NCBI RefSeq assembly: GCF_009914755.1 | Contig: NC_060948.1 | Reading direction: 5' to 3' (one strand) | Length of the DNA stretch: 64,000 bases | From: the human T2T-CHM13v2.0 reference genome, Homo sapiens | Shown here: positions 28,066 to 41,500 of the stretch, one piece after another | How positions within the stretch are numbered: position 1 is the first letter of the stretch | Layout of the letters: each line of letters starts with the position of its first letter | Notes under the pieces: model-generated | Told to the model about the DNA's origin: nothing | Databases searched by the model: none | The model's input: only the letters and a program-made list of their open reading frames with translations | Position numbers and translations under genes: made by a program

Positions 28066-31000
28066 ATAGAAAGGATTCGAATGGAATGAAAAAGAATTGA
28101 ATGGAATAGAACAGAATGGAATCAAATCGAATGAAATGGAATGGAATAGAAAGGAATGGAATGAAATGGAATGGAAAGGATTCGAATGGAATGCAATCGA
28201 ATGGAATGGAATCGAACGGAATGGAATAAAATGGAAGAAAACTGGCAAGAAATGGAATCGAAATGAATGGAGTGTTATGGAACGGACTCAAAAGGAATTG
28301 AATGTAATAGAATGGAGTGGAGTGGACTCGAATATAATGGACTGGAATGGAATGAAATCACATGGAATGGGAACGAATGGAATGGAATGGAAAGGAATGG
28401 AATCGAATGCAAAGGAATCGAATGGAAGGGAATGCAATTGAATCAACAGGAATGGAAGGGAATAGAATAGACGGTAATGGAATGGACTCGAATAGAATGG
28501 ACACGAATGCTCAAATTGAATGGACTCGAATGGAATGGAAACGAAAGGAATGTCATCGAATGGAATTGAATCGATTGGAATGAAATCGCATAGAATGGAG
28601 TGGAATCAAATGGAATTGAATCGAAAGGAAAGGAAGCCAATGGACTGAAATGAAATGGAATGGAATGGAATGGAAACTAATGCAATGGAATAGAATGGAA
28701 CGAAATTTCACGGAATGGAATGAAACTGAATGGAATCAAATCAATGGAATCTAATCAAGTGGAATGGAAAGGAATTGAATGGAGTAGATTGGATTGGATG
28801 GGATTGGAATGAAATGTACTGGAAAAGACTCGAATTTCATGAAACGGAATGGAATGAATTGGAACGGAATGGACTCGAATGGAATGGAATGTCATGGAAT
28901 GGCATCAAATGGAATGGCATCAAATGGAATGGAATCGAATGCAATGGAATGCTATGGAATGGAATGGAATGCATTGGAATGGAATGTCCTCTAATGGAAT
29001 GGATTCGAGTGGAATGGAATCGAATATAATGGAGTCGATTGAAATGGAATTGAAAGGAATGGGATCGAATACAATGGAATACACTGGAATGTAATGTAAT
29101 GAACATGAATGTAATTGACTGGAATGTAATGTACATGAATGGAATGTAATCGAATGGAAAGTAATCCAATGGAATAGAATCTAATGCAATAAAATCGACA
29201 CAGATAGAGTAGAATGTAATGGAATGGAGTGCAGTGCAATGGAATGGAATGGAATGGAATGCAATGGAATGGAATGGAATGGAATGGAATGGAATGGAAT
29301 GGAATGGTGTGGAATGGATAGTAATGGACTGGAGTGAAATGGACTGGAAATGAATGGACTCAAATTGAAAGGGCTCGAAAGGAATGGAGTCAAATGGAAT
29401 GGTCTGGAATGGAATGAACACGAATGTAATGCAATCCAATAGAATGGAATCGAATGGCATGGAATATAAAGAAATGGAATCGAAGAGAATGGAAACAAAT
29501 GGAATGGAATTGAATGGAATGGAATTGAATGGAATGGGAACGAATGGAGTGAAATTGTATGCAGTAGAAGAGAATAGAATGGAATGCAAGCGAAAGGAAA
29601 GGAATGGATTGGAATGGAATGGAATTCATTGGAATGGAAGGGAATGTAGTGTAATGGACAGGCCTGGAATAAAGTGGAATGCTACGGTCTCGAATGGAAT
29701 AAAAATGTATGGAATGGAATGCAATGAAACGGAATCGAATGTCATAGAATGTAATGGAATGCAAAAAAATGGACTCCAAAATCATTGACTGGAAAGGCTG
29801 GATGTCGAAAGGAATTGACTCCAATGGAATGGAATCGAATGGAATGGAAGTGAATAGAATCGAACTAAATCGAATGGAATGGAATTGATAGGAACGGAAT
29901 GGAAAGGAATGCAATGATTTGGCATGGAATGGAAACGAATGGTATCTAATGGAATGGAATGTAATGTAATGGAATGGAATGTATTAGAATGTAATGAACT
30001 TTAATGGAATGTACTCGAATGGATTCGACTGGAATGGAATGTTCTGGAAGTGAATGGACTCCAATGGAATGGATTCAAAAGGAATGGAATCGTACGGAAT
30101 GGAATCTAATGGAATGGAATTAAATGGAAATGAATCAAATTGAATAGCACGGAATTGAATTGAATGGAATGGAATGCAATGGAATCTAATGAAACGGAAA
30201 GGAAAGGAATGGAATGGAATGGAATGGGCTGGAATGGAAAGGAATCGAAACGAATGGAATGGAATCGAACTGAAGAGACTGGAATGGAATGCACTGGAAT
30301 GGAAGGGAGTGTAATGGAAGGTTCTCGAAAAAAATGGAATCGAATGGAATGGAATTGAATGGAACGGAATAGAGTCGAATGGAATTGAATGGAATGGAAT
30401 GGACTAGAGTGAAATGGAATCGAACCACAAGGAATGGACAGGAATAGAATGGTCTCGAATTGAATGGAATCGTATGGAATGGCATCAAACGGAATGGAAT
30501 GGACAGCCACGGAATGGAATGCACTCGAATGCAATGGAGTCGAAACTAATGGACTGGAATAGAATGGACTCGACTGGTACGGACTCCAATGGAATGGAAT
30601 CGAATGGAAGGGAATCGAACGGAATGGACTCGAAGGGAAAAAACTGCAATGGAAAGGTCTCGAATGGAATGGAAATTAATGGAATGGAATGGAATCGAAT
30701 GAAATGGAGTCAAAAGGAATGGAATCGAATGGCAAGAAATCGAATGTAATGGAATCGCAAGGAATTGATGTGAACGGAACGGAATGGAATGGAATCCAAA
30801 GGAATGGAATAGAATGGAATGGAATCGAATGGAAAGGACTCGAATGGAAATCACTCGAATAGAATGCAATTTAATAAAATAGGATCAAATGGAATGGAAT
30901 GGAATGGAAAGGAATCGAAACGAAAGGAATGGAGACAGATGGAATGGAATGGAACAGAGAGCAATGGTATAGAATGGAATGGAATCATCTGGAATGGAAT

Positions 31001-34000
31001 TGAATGGAATGGAATAATATGAAATGGAATGGAATGGAATGGAATGGAATACCCTTGAATTAAATGGACTGGAATGGAATGGACTCGAACAGAGTGGAAT
31101 GGAAAGTGTTGAGATAGAATGGAATGGACTCCTTCGGAATGGTGTAGTATGCAATGCAATCGACTGGCAGGGAATCAAAAGGAATGTAATGGAATGGATT
31201 GGACTGGAATGCAATGGACTCGAATAGATTGGAAACGGAATGCAAAGGAATGGAATGGAATAGTATGGAATGGAATGGAAAGGAATGGAGTGGAATAGAC
31301 TAGAGTGGAATATAATGGACTGGAAAGCAATGGACTGGAATGGAACTTTCTTGAATGGACTGGAATCAAACGGAATGGAATGCAATGCAATCAAATGGCA
31401 TAGAATAAGATAGAATGAAAGAGAATCAAATGGAATTGAATGGAATGGAATCGAATGGATTGGAAAGGAATAGAATGGAATGGAATGGAATTGACTCAAA
31501 TGGAATGGACTAGAATGGAATGGATTCGAATGGAAGGCAAAGGAATGGAATCTATTGGAATGGACTGTAATGGAATGCAATGGAAGGGATTGGAATGGAC
31601 TCGAATGGAATGGACTGCAATAGAAAGGATACGAATGGAATGAAAAAGAATTGAATGGAATAGAACAGAATGGAAACAAATCGAATGAAATGGAATGGAA
31701 TAGAAAGGAATGGAATGAAATGGAATGGAAAGGATTCGAATGGAATGCAAACGAATGGAATGGAATCGAACGGAATGGAATAAAATGGAAGAAAACTGGC
31801 AAGAAATGGAATCGAAATGAATGGAGTGTTATGGAACGGACTCAAAAGGAATTGAATGTAATAGAATGGAGTGGAGTGGACTCGAATATAATGGACTTGA
31901 ATGGAATGAAATCACATGGAATGGGAACGAATGGAATGGAATGGAAAGGAATGGAATCGAATGGAAAGGAATCGAATGGAAGGGAATGAAATTGAACCAA
32001 CAGGAATGGAAGGGAATAGAATAGACCGTAATGGAATGGACTCGAATAGAATGGACACGAATGCTCAAATTGAATGGGCTCGAATGGAATGGAAAAGAAA
32101 GGAATGTCATCGAATGGAATTGAATCGATTGGAATGAAATCGCATAGAATGGAGTGGAATCAAATGGAATTGAATCGAAAGGAAAGGAAGCGAATGGACT
32201 GAAATGAAATGGAATGGAATTGAATGGAAAGTAATGCAATGGAATAGAATGGAACGAAATTTCACGGAATGGAATCAAACTGAATGGAATCAAATCAATG
32301 GAATCTGATCAAATGGAATGGAAAGGAATTGAATGGAGTAGATTGGATTGGATGGGATTGGAATGAAATGTACTGGAAAGGACTCGAATTTCATGAAACG
32401 GAATGGAATGAATTGGAACGGAATGGACTCGAATGGAATGGAATGTCATGGAATGGCATCAAATGGAATGGCATCAAATGGAATGGAATCGAATGCAATG
32501 GAATGCTATGGAATGGAATGGAATGCATTGGAATGGAATGTCCTCTAATGGAATGGATTCGAGTGGAATGGAATCGAATATAATGGAGTCGAATGAAATG
32601 GAATTGAAAAGAATGGGATCGAATACAATGGAATATACTGGAATGTAATGTAATGAACTCGAATGTAATTGACTGGAATGGAATGTATATGAATGGAATG
32701 TAATCGAATGGAAAGTAATCCAATGGAATAGAATCTAATGCAATAAAATCGACTCAGATAGAGTAGAATGTAATGGAATGGAGTGCAGTGCAATGGAATG
32801 GAATGGAATGGAATGCAATGGAATGGAATGGAATGGGATGGATTGGTATGGAATGGATAGTAATGGACTGGAGTGAAATGGACTGGAAAGGAATGGACTC
32901 AAATTGAAAGGGCTCGAAAGGAATGGAGACAAATGGAATGGTGTGGAATGGAATGAACACGAATGTAATGCAATCCAATAGAATAGAGTCGAATGGCATG
33001 GAATATAAAGAAATGGAATCGAAGAGAATAGAAACAAATGGAATGGAATTGAATGGAATGGAATTGAGTGGAATGGGAACGAATGGAGTGAAATTGTATG
33101 CAGTAGAAGAGAATAGAATGGAATGCAAGCGAAAGGAAAGGAATGGATTGGAATGGAATGGAATTCATTGGAATGGAAGGGAATGTAGTGTAATGGACAG
33201 GCCTGGAATAAAGTGGAATGCTACGGTCTCGAGTGGAATAAAAATGTATGGATTGGAATGCAATGAAACGGAATCGAATGTCATAGAATGTAATGGAATG
33301 CAAAAAAATGGAATCCGAAATCATTGACTGGAAAGGCTGGGTGTCGAAAGGAATTGACTCCAATGGAATGGAATCGAATGGAATGGAAGTGAATAGAATC
33401 GAACTAAATCGAATGGAATGGAATTGATAGGAACGGAATGGAAAGGAATGCAATGATTTGGCATGGAATGGAATCGAATGGCATCGAATGGAATGGAATG
33501 GAATGCAATGGAATGGAATGTATTAGAATGTAATGAACTTTAATGGAATGTACTCGAAAGGATTTGACTGGAATGGAATGTTCTGGAAGTGAATGGACTC
33601 CAATGGAATGGATTCGAAAGGAATGGAATCGTACGGAATGGAATCTAATGGAATGGAATTAAATGGAAATGAATCAAATTGAATAGCACGGAATTGAATT
33701 GAATGGAATGGAATGCAATGGAATCTAATGAAACGGAAAGGAAAGGAATGGAATGGAATGGAATGGGCTGGAATGGAAAGGAATCGAAACGAATGGAATG
33801 GAATCGAACTGAAGAGACTGGAATGGAATGCACTGGAATGGAAGGGAGTGTAATGGAAGGTTCTCGAAAAAAATGGAATCGAATGGAATGGAATTGAGTG
33901 GAACGGAATAGAGTCGAATGCAATTGAATGGAATGGAATGGACTAGAGTGAAATGGAATCGAACCACAAGGAATGGACAGGAATAGAATGGTCTCGAATT

Positions 34001-37000
34001 GAATGGAATCGTATGGAATGGCATCAAACGGAATGGCATGGACAGCCACGGAATGGAATGCACTCGAATGCAATGGAGTCGAAACTAATGGACTGGAATA
34101 GAATGGACTCGACTGGTAAGGACTCCAAAGGAATGGAATCGAATGGAAGGGAAACGAACGGAATGGACTCGAAGGGAAAAGACTGCAATGGAAAGGTCTC
34201 GAATGGAATGGAAATTAATGGAATGGAATGGAATCGAATGAAATGGAGGCAAAAGGAATGGAATCGAATGGCAAGAAATCGAATGTAATGGAATCGCAAG
34301 GAATTGATGTGAACGGAACGGAATGGAATGGAATCCAAAGGAATGGAATAGAATGGAATGGAATCGAAAGGAAAGGACTCGAATGGAAATCACTCGAATA
34401 GAATGAAATTTAATAAAATAGGATCAAATGTAATGGAATGGAATGGAAAGGAATCGAAACGAAAGGAATGGAGACAGATGGAATGGAATGGAACAGAGAG
34501 CAATGGTATAGAATGGAATGGAATCATCTGGAATGGAATTGAATGGAATGGAATAATATGAAATGGAATGGAATGGAATGGAATGCCCTTGAATTAAATG
34601 GACTGGAATGGAATGGACTCAAACAGAGTGGAATGGAAAGTGTTGAAATAGAATGGAATGGACTCGTTTGGAATGGTCTAGTATGCAATGCAATCGACTG
34701 GCAGGGAATCAAGAGGAATGTAATCGAATGGATTGGACTGGAATGCAATGGACTCGAATAGATTGGAAACGGAATTCAAAGGAATGGAATGGAATAGTAT
34801 GGAATGGAATGGAAAGGAATGGAGTGGAATAGACTAGAGTGGAATGGAATGGACTCGAAAGCAATGGACTGGAATGGAACTTTCTTGAATGGACTGGAAT
34901 CAAACGGAATGGAATGCAATGCAATCAAGTGGCATGGAATAAAATAGAATGAAAGAGAATCAAATGGAATTGAATCGAATGGAATCGAATGGATTGGAAA
35001 GGAATAGAATGGAATGGAATGGAATTGACTCAAATGGAATGGACTAGAATGGAATGGATTCGAATGGAAGGCAAAGGAATGGAATCTATTGGAATGGACT
35101 GTAATGGAATGGAATGGAAGGGATTGGAATGGACTCGAATGGAATGGACTGCAATAGAAAAGATTCGAATGGAATGAAAAAGAATTGAATGGAATAGAAC
35201 AGAATGGAATCAAATCGAATGAAATGGAATGGAAGAGAAAGGAATGGAATGAAATGGAATGGAAAGGATTCGAATGGAATGCAATCGAATGGAATGCAAT
35301 CGAATGGAATGGAATCGAACGGAATGGAATAAAATGGAAGAAAACTGGCAAGAAATGGAATCGAAATGAATGGAGTGTTATGGAACGGACTCAAAAGGAA
35401 TTGAATGTAATAGAATGGAGTGGAGTGGACTCGAATATAATGGACTGGAATGGAATGAAATCACATGGAATGGGAACGAATGGAATGGAATGGAAAGGAA
35501 TGGAATGGAAAGGAATGGAATCGAATGGAAAGGAATCGAATGGAAGGGAATGAAATTGAATCAACAGGAATGGAAGGAAGTAGAATAGACGGTAATGGAA
35601 TGGACTCGAATAGAATGGACACGAATGCTCAAATTGAATGGACTCGAATGGAATGGAAACGAAAGGAATGTCGTCGAATGGAATTGAATCGATTGGAATG
35701 AAATCGCATAGAATGGAGTGGAATCAAATGGAATTGAATCGAAAGGAAAGGAAGCGAATGGTCTGAAATGAAATGGAATGGAATTGAATGGAAAGTAATG
35801 CAAGGGAATAGAATGGAACGAAATTTCACGGAATGGAATCAAACTGAATGGAATCAAATCAATGGAATATAGTCAAATGGCATGGAAAGGAATTGAATGG
35901 AGTAGATTGGATTGGATGGGATTGGAATGAAATGTACTGGAAAGGACTCGAATTTCATGAAATGGAATGGAATGAACTGGAACGGAATGGACTCGAATGG
36001 AATGGAATGTCATGGAATGGCATCAAATGGAATGGCATCAAATGGAATGGAATCGAATGCAATGGAATGCTATGGAATGGAATGGAATGCATTGGAATGG
36101 AATGTCCCCTAATGGAATGGATTCGAGTGGAATGGAATCGAATATAATGGAGTCGAATGAAATGGAATTGAAAGGAAAGGGATCGAATACAATGGAATAT
36201 ACTGGAATGTAATGTAATGAACTCGAATGTAATTGACTAGAATGGAATGTACATGAATGGAATGTAATCGAATGGAAAATAATCTCATGGAATAGAATCT
36301 AATGCAATAAAATCGACTCAAATAGAATAGAATGTAATGGAATGGAGTGCAGTGCAATGGAATGGAATGGAATGGAATGCAATGGAATGGAATGGAATGG
36401 GATGGAATGGTATGGGATGGATAGAAATGGACTGGAGTGAAATGGACTGGAAAGTAATGCACTCAAATTGAAAGAGCTCGAAAGAATGGAGTCAAATGGA
36501 ATGTTCTGGAATGGAATGAACACGAATGTAATGCAATCCAATAGAATGGAATCGAATGGCATGGAATATAAAGAAATGGAATCGAAGAGAATGGAAACGA
36601 ATGGAATGGAATTGAATGGAATGGGAACGAATGGAGTGAAATTGTATGCAGTAGAAGAGAATAGAATGGAATGCAAGCGAAATTAAAGGAATGGATTGGA
36701 ATGGAATGGAATTCATTGGAATGGAAGGGAATGTATTGCAATGGACAGGCCTTTAATAAAGTGGAATGCTACGGTCTCGAATGGAATAAAAAAGTATGGA
36801 ATGGAATTCAATGAAACGGAATCGAATGTCATAGAATGTAATGGAATGCAAAAAAATGGAATCCAAAATCATTGACTGGAAAGGCTGGGTGTCGAAAGGA
36901 ATTGACTCCAATGGAATGGAATCGAATGGAATGGAAGTGAATAGAATGGAACTAAATCGAATGGAATGGAATTGATAGGAACGGAATGGAAAGGAATGCA

Positions 37001-38570
37001 ATGATTTGGCATGGAATGGAATCGAATGGCATCGAATGGAATGGAATGGAATGCAATGGAATGGAATGTATTAGAATGTAATGAACTTTAATGGAATGTA
37101 CTCGAATGGATTCGACTGGAATGGAATGTTCTGGAAGTGAATGGACTCCAATGGAATGGATTCAAAAGGAATGGAGTCGTACGGAATGGAATCTAATGGA
37201 ATGGAATTAAATGGAAATGAATCAAATTGAATAGAACGGAATTGAATTGAATGGAATGGAATGCAATGGAATCTAATGAAACGGAAAGGAAAGGAATGCA
37301 ATGGAATGGAATGGGCTGGAATGGAAAGGAATCGAAACGAATGGAATGGAATCGAACTGAAGAGACTGGAATGGAATGCACTGGAATGGAAGGGAGTGTA
37401 ATGGAAGGTTCTCGAAAAAAATGGAATCGAATGGAATGGAATTGAGTGGAACGGAATAGAGTCGAATGGAATTGAATGGAATGGAATGGACTAGAGTGAA
37501 ATGGAATCGAACCACAAGGAATGGACAGGAATAGAATGGTCTCGAATTGAATGGAATCGTATGGAATGGCATCAAACGGAATGGAATGGACAGCCACGGA
37601 ATGGAATGCACTCGAATGCAATGGAGTCGAAACTAATGGACTGGAATAGAATGGACTCGACTGGTACGGACTCCAATGGAATGGAATCGAATGGAAGGGA
37701 ATCGAACGGAATGGACTCGAAGGGAAAAGACTGCAATGGAAAGGTCTCGAATGGAATGGAAATTAATGGAATGGAACGGAATCGAATGAAATGGAGTCAA
37801 AAGGAATGGAATCGAATGGCAAGAAATCGAATGTAATGGAATCGCAAGGAATTGATGTGAACGGAACGGAATGGAATGGAATCCAAAGGAATGGAATAGA
37901 ATGGAATGGAATCGAATGGAAAGGACTCGAATGGAAATCACTCGAATAGAATGCAATTTAATAAAATAGGATCAAATGTAATGGAATGGAATGGAAAGGA
38001 ATCGAAACGAAAGGAATGGAGACAGATGGAATGGAATGGAACAGAGAGCAATGGTATAGAATGGAATGGAATCATCTGGAATGGAATTGAATGGAATGGA
38101 ATAATATGAAATGGAATGGAATGGAATGGAATGCCCTTGAATTAAATGGACTGGAATGGAATGGACTCAAACAGAGTGGAATGGAAAGTGTGGATATAGA
38201 ATGGAATGAACTCCTTTGGAATGGTCTAGTAGACAATGCAATCGACTGGCAGGGAATCAAAAGGAATGTAATCGAATGGATTGGACTGGAATACAATGGA
38301 CTCGAATAGATTGGAAACGGAATGCAAAGGAATGGAATGGAATAGTATGGAATGGTATGGAAAGGAATGGAGTGGAATAGACTAGAGTGGAATGGAATGG
38401 AGTGGAAAGCAATGGACTGGAATGGAACATTCTTGAATGGACTGGAATCAAACGGAATGGAATGCAATGCAATCAAATGGCATGGAATAAAATAGAATGA
38501 AAGAGAATCAAATGGAATTGAATCGAATGGAATCGAATGGATTGGAAAGGAATAGAATGGAATGGAATTT

Positions 38571-41500
38571 AATTGACTCAAATGGAATGGACTAGAATGG
38601 AATGGATTCGAATGGAAGGCAAAGGAATGGAATCTATTGGAATGGACTGTAATGGAATGGAATGGAAGGGATTGGAATGGACTCGAATGGAATGGACTGC
38701 AATAGAAAGGATTCGAATGGAATGAAAAAGAATTGAATGGAATAGAACAGAATGGAATCAAATCGAATGAAATGGAATGGAATAGAAAGGAATGGAATGA
38801 AATGGAATGGAAAGGATTCGAATGGAATGCAATCGAATGGAATGGAATCGAACGGAATGGAATAAAATGGAAGAAAACTGGCAAGAAATGGAATCGAAAT
38901 GAATGGAGTGTTATGGAACGGACTCAAAAGGAATTGAATGTAATAGAATGGAGTGGAGTGGACTCGAATATAATGGACTGGAATGGAATGAAATCACATG
39001 GAATGGGAACGAATGGAATGGAATGGAAAGGAATGGAATCGAATGGAAAGGAATCGAATGGAAGGGAATGCAATTGAATCAACAGGAATGGAAGGGAATA
39101 GAATAGACGGTAATGGAATGGACTCGAATAGAATGGACACGAATGCTCAAATTGAATGGACTCGAATGGAATGGAAACGAAAGGAATGTCATCGAATGGA
39201 ATTGAATCGATTGGAATGAAATCGCATAGAATGGAGTGGAATCAAATGGAATTGAATCGAAAGGAAAGGAAGCCAATGGACTGAAATGAAATGGAATGGA
39301 ATGGAATGGAAAGTAATGCAATGGAATAGAATGGAACGAAATTTCACGGAATGGAATGAAACTGAATGGAATCAAATCAATGGAATCTAATCAAGTGGAA
39401 TGGAAAGGAATTGAATGGAGTAGATTGGATTGGATGGGATTGGAATGAAATGTACTGGAAAGGACTCGAATTTCATGAAACGGAATGGAATGAATTGGAA
39501 CGGAATGGACTCGAATGGAATGGAATGTCATGGAATGGCATCAAATGGAATGGCATCAAATGGAATGGAATCGAATGCAATGGAATGCTATGGAATGGAA
39601 TGGAATGCATTGGAATGGAATGTCCTCTAATGGAATGGATTCGAGAGGAATGGAATTGAATATAATGGAGTCGAATGAAATGGAATTGAAAGGAATGGGA
39701 TCGAATACAATGGAATATACTGGAATGTAATGTAATGAACTTGAATGTAATTGACTGTAATGGAATGTACATGAATGGAATGTAATCGAATGGAAAGTAA
39801 TCCAATGGAATAGAATCTAATGCAATAAAATCGACTCAGATAGAGTAGAATGTAATGGAATGGAGTGCAGTGCAATGGAATGGAATGGAATGGAATGCAA
39901 TGGAATGGAATGGAATGGAATGGAATGGGATGGAATGGTATGGAATGGATAGTAATGGACTGGAGTGAAATGGACTGGAAAGGAATGGACTCAAATTGAA
40001 AGGGCTCGAAAGGAATGGAGACAAATGGAATGGTCTGGAATGGAATGAACACGAATGTAATGCAATCCAATAGAATGGAGTCGAATGGCAGGGAATATAA
40101 AGAAATGGAATCGAAGAGAATGGAAACAAATGGAATGGAATTGAATGGAATGGAATTGAATGGAATGGGAACGAATGGAGTGAAATTGTATGCAGTAGAA
40201 GAGAATAGAATGGAATGCAAGCGAAAGGAAAGGAATGGATTGGAATGGAATGGAATTCATTGGAATGGAAGGGAATGTAGTGTAATGGACAGGCCTGGAA
40301 TAAAGTGGAATGCTACGGTCTCGAATGGAATAAAAATGTATGGAATGGAATGCAATGAAACGGAATCGAATGTCATAGAATGTAATGGAATGCAAAAAAA
40401 TGGAATCCAAAATCATTGACTGGAAAGGCTGGGTGTCGAAAGGAATTGACTCCAATGGAATGGAATCGAATGGAATGGAAGTGAATAGAATCAAACTAAA
40501 TCGAATGGAATGGAATTGATAGGAACGGAATGGAAAGGAATGCAATGATTTGGCATGGAATGGAATCGAATGGCATCAAATGGAATGGAATGGAATGCAA
40601 TGGAATGGAATGTATTAGAATATAATGAACTTTAATGGAATGTACTCGAATGGATTCGACTGGAATGGAATGTTCTGGAAGTGAATGGACTCCAATGGAA
40701 TGGATTCCAAAGGAATGGAATCGTACGGAATGGAATCTAATGGAATGGAATTAAATGGAAATGAATCAAATTGAATAGCACGGAATTGAATTGAATGGAA
40801 TGGAATGCAATGGAATCTAATGAAACGGAAAGGAAAGGAATGCAATGGAATGGAATGGGCTGGAATGGAAAGGAATCGAAACAAATGGAATGGAATCGAA
40901 CTGAAGAGACTGGAATGGAAAGCACTGGAATGGAAGGGAGTGTAATGGAAGGTTCTCGAAAAAAATGGAATCGAATGGAATGGAATTGAATGGAACGGAA
41001 TAGAGTCGAATGCAATTGAATGGAATGGAATGGACTAGAGTGAAATGGAATCGAACCACAAGGAATGGACAGGAATAGAATGGTCTCGAATTGAATGGAA
41101 TCGTATGGAATGGCATCAAACGGAATGGAATGGACAGCCACGGAATGGAATGCACTCGAATGCAATGGAGTCGAAACTAATGGACTGGAATAGAATGGAT
41201 TCGACTGGTACGGACTCCAATGGAATGGAATCGAATGGAAGGGAATCGAACGGAATGGACTCGAAGGGAAAAGACTGCAATGGAAAGGTCTCGAATGGAA
41301 TGGAAATTAATGGAATGGAATGGAATCGAATGAAATGGAGTCAAAAGGAATGGAATCGAATGGCAAGAAATCAAATGTAATGGAATCGCAAGGAATTGAT
41401 GTGAACGGAACGGAATGGAATGGAATCCAAAGGAATGGAATAGAATGGAATGGAATCGAATGGAAAGGACTCGAATGGAAATCACTCGAATAGAATGCAA

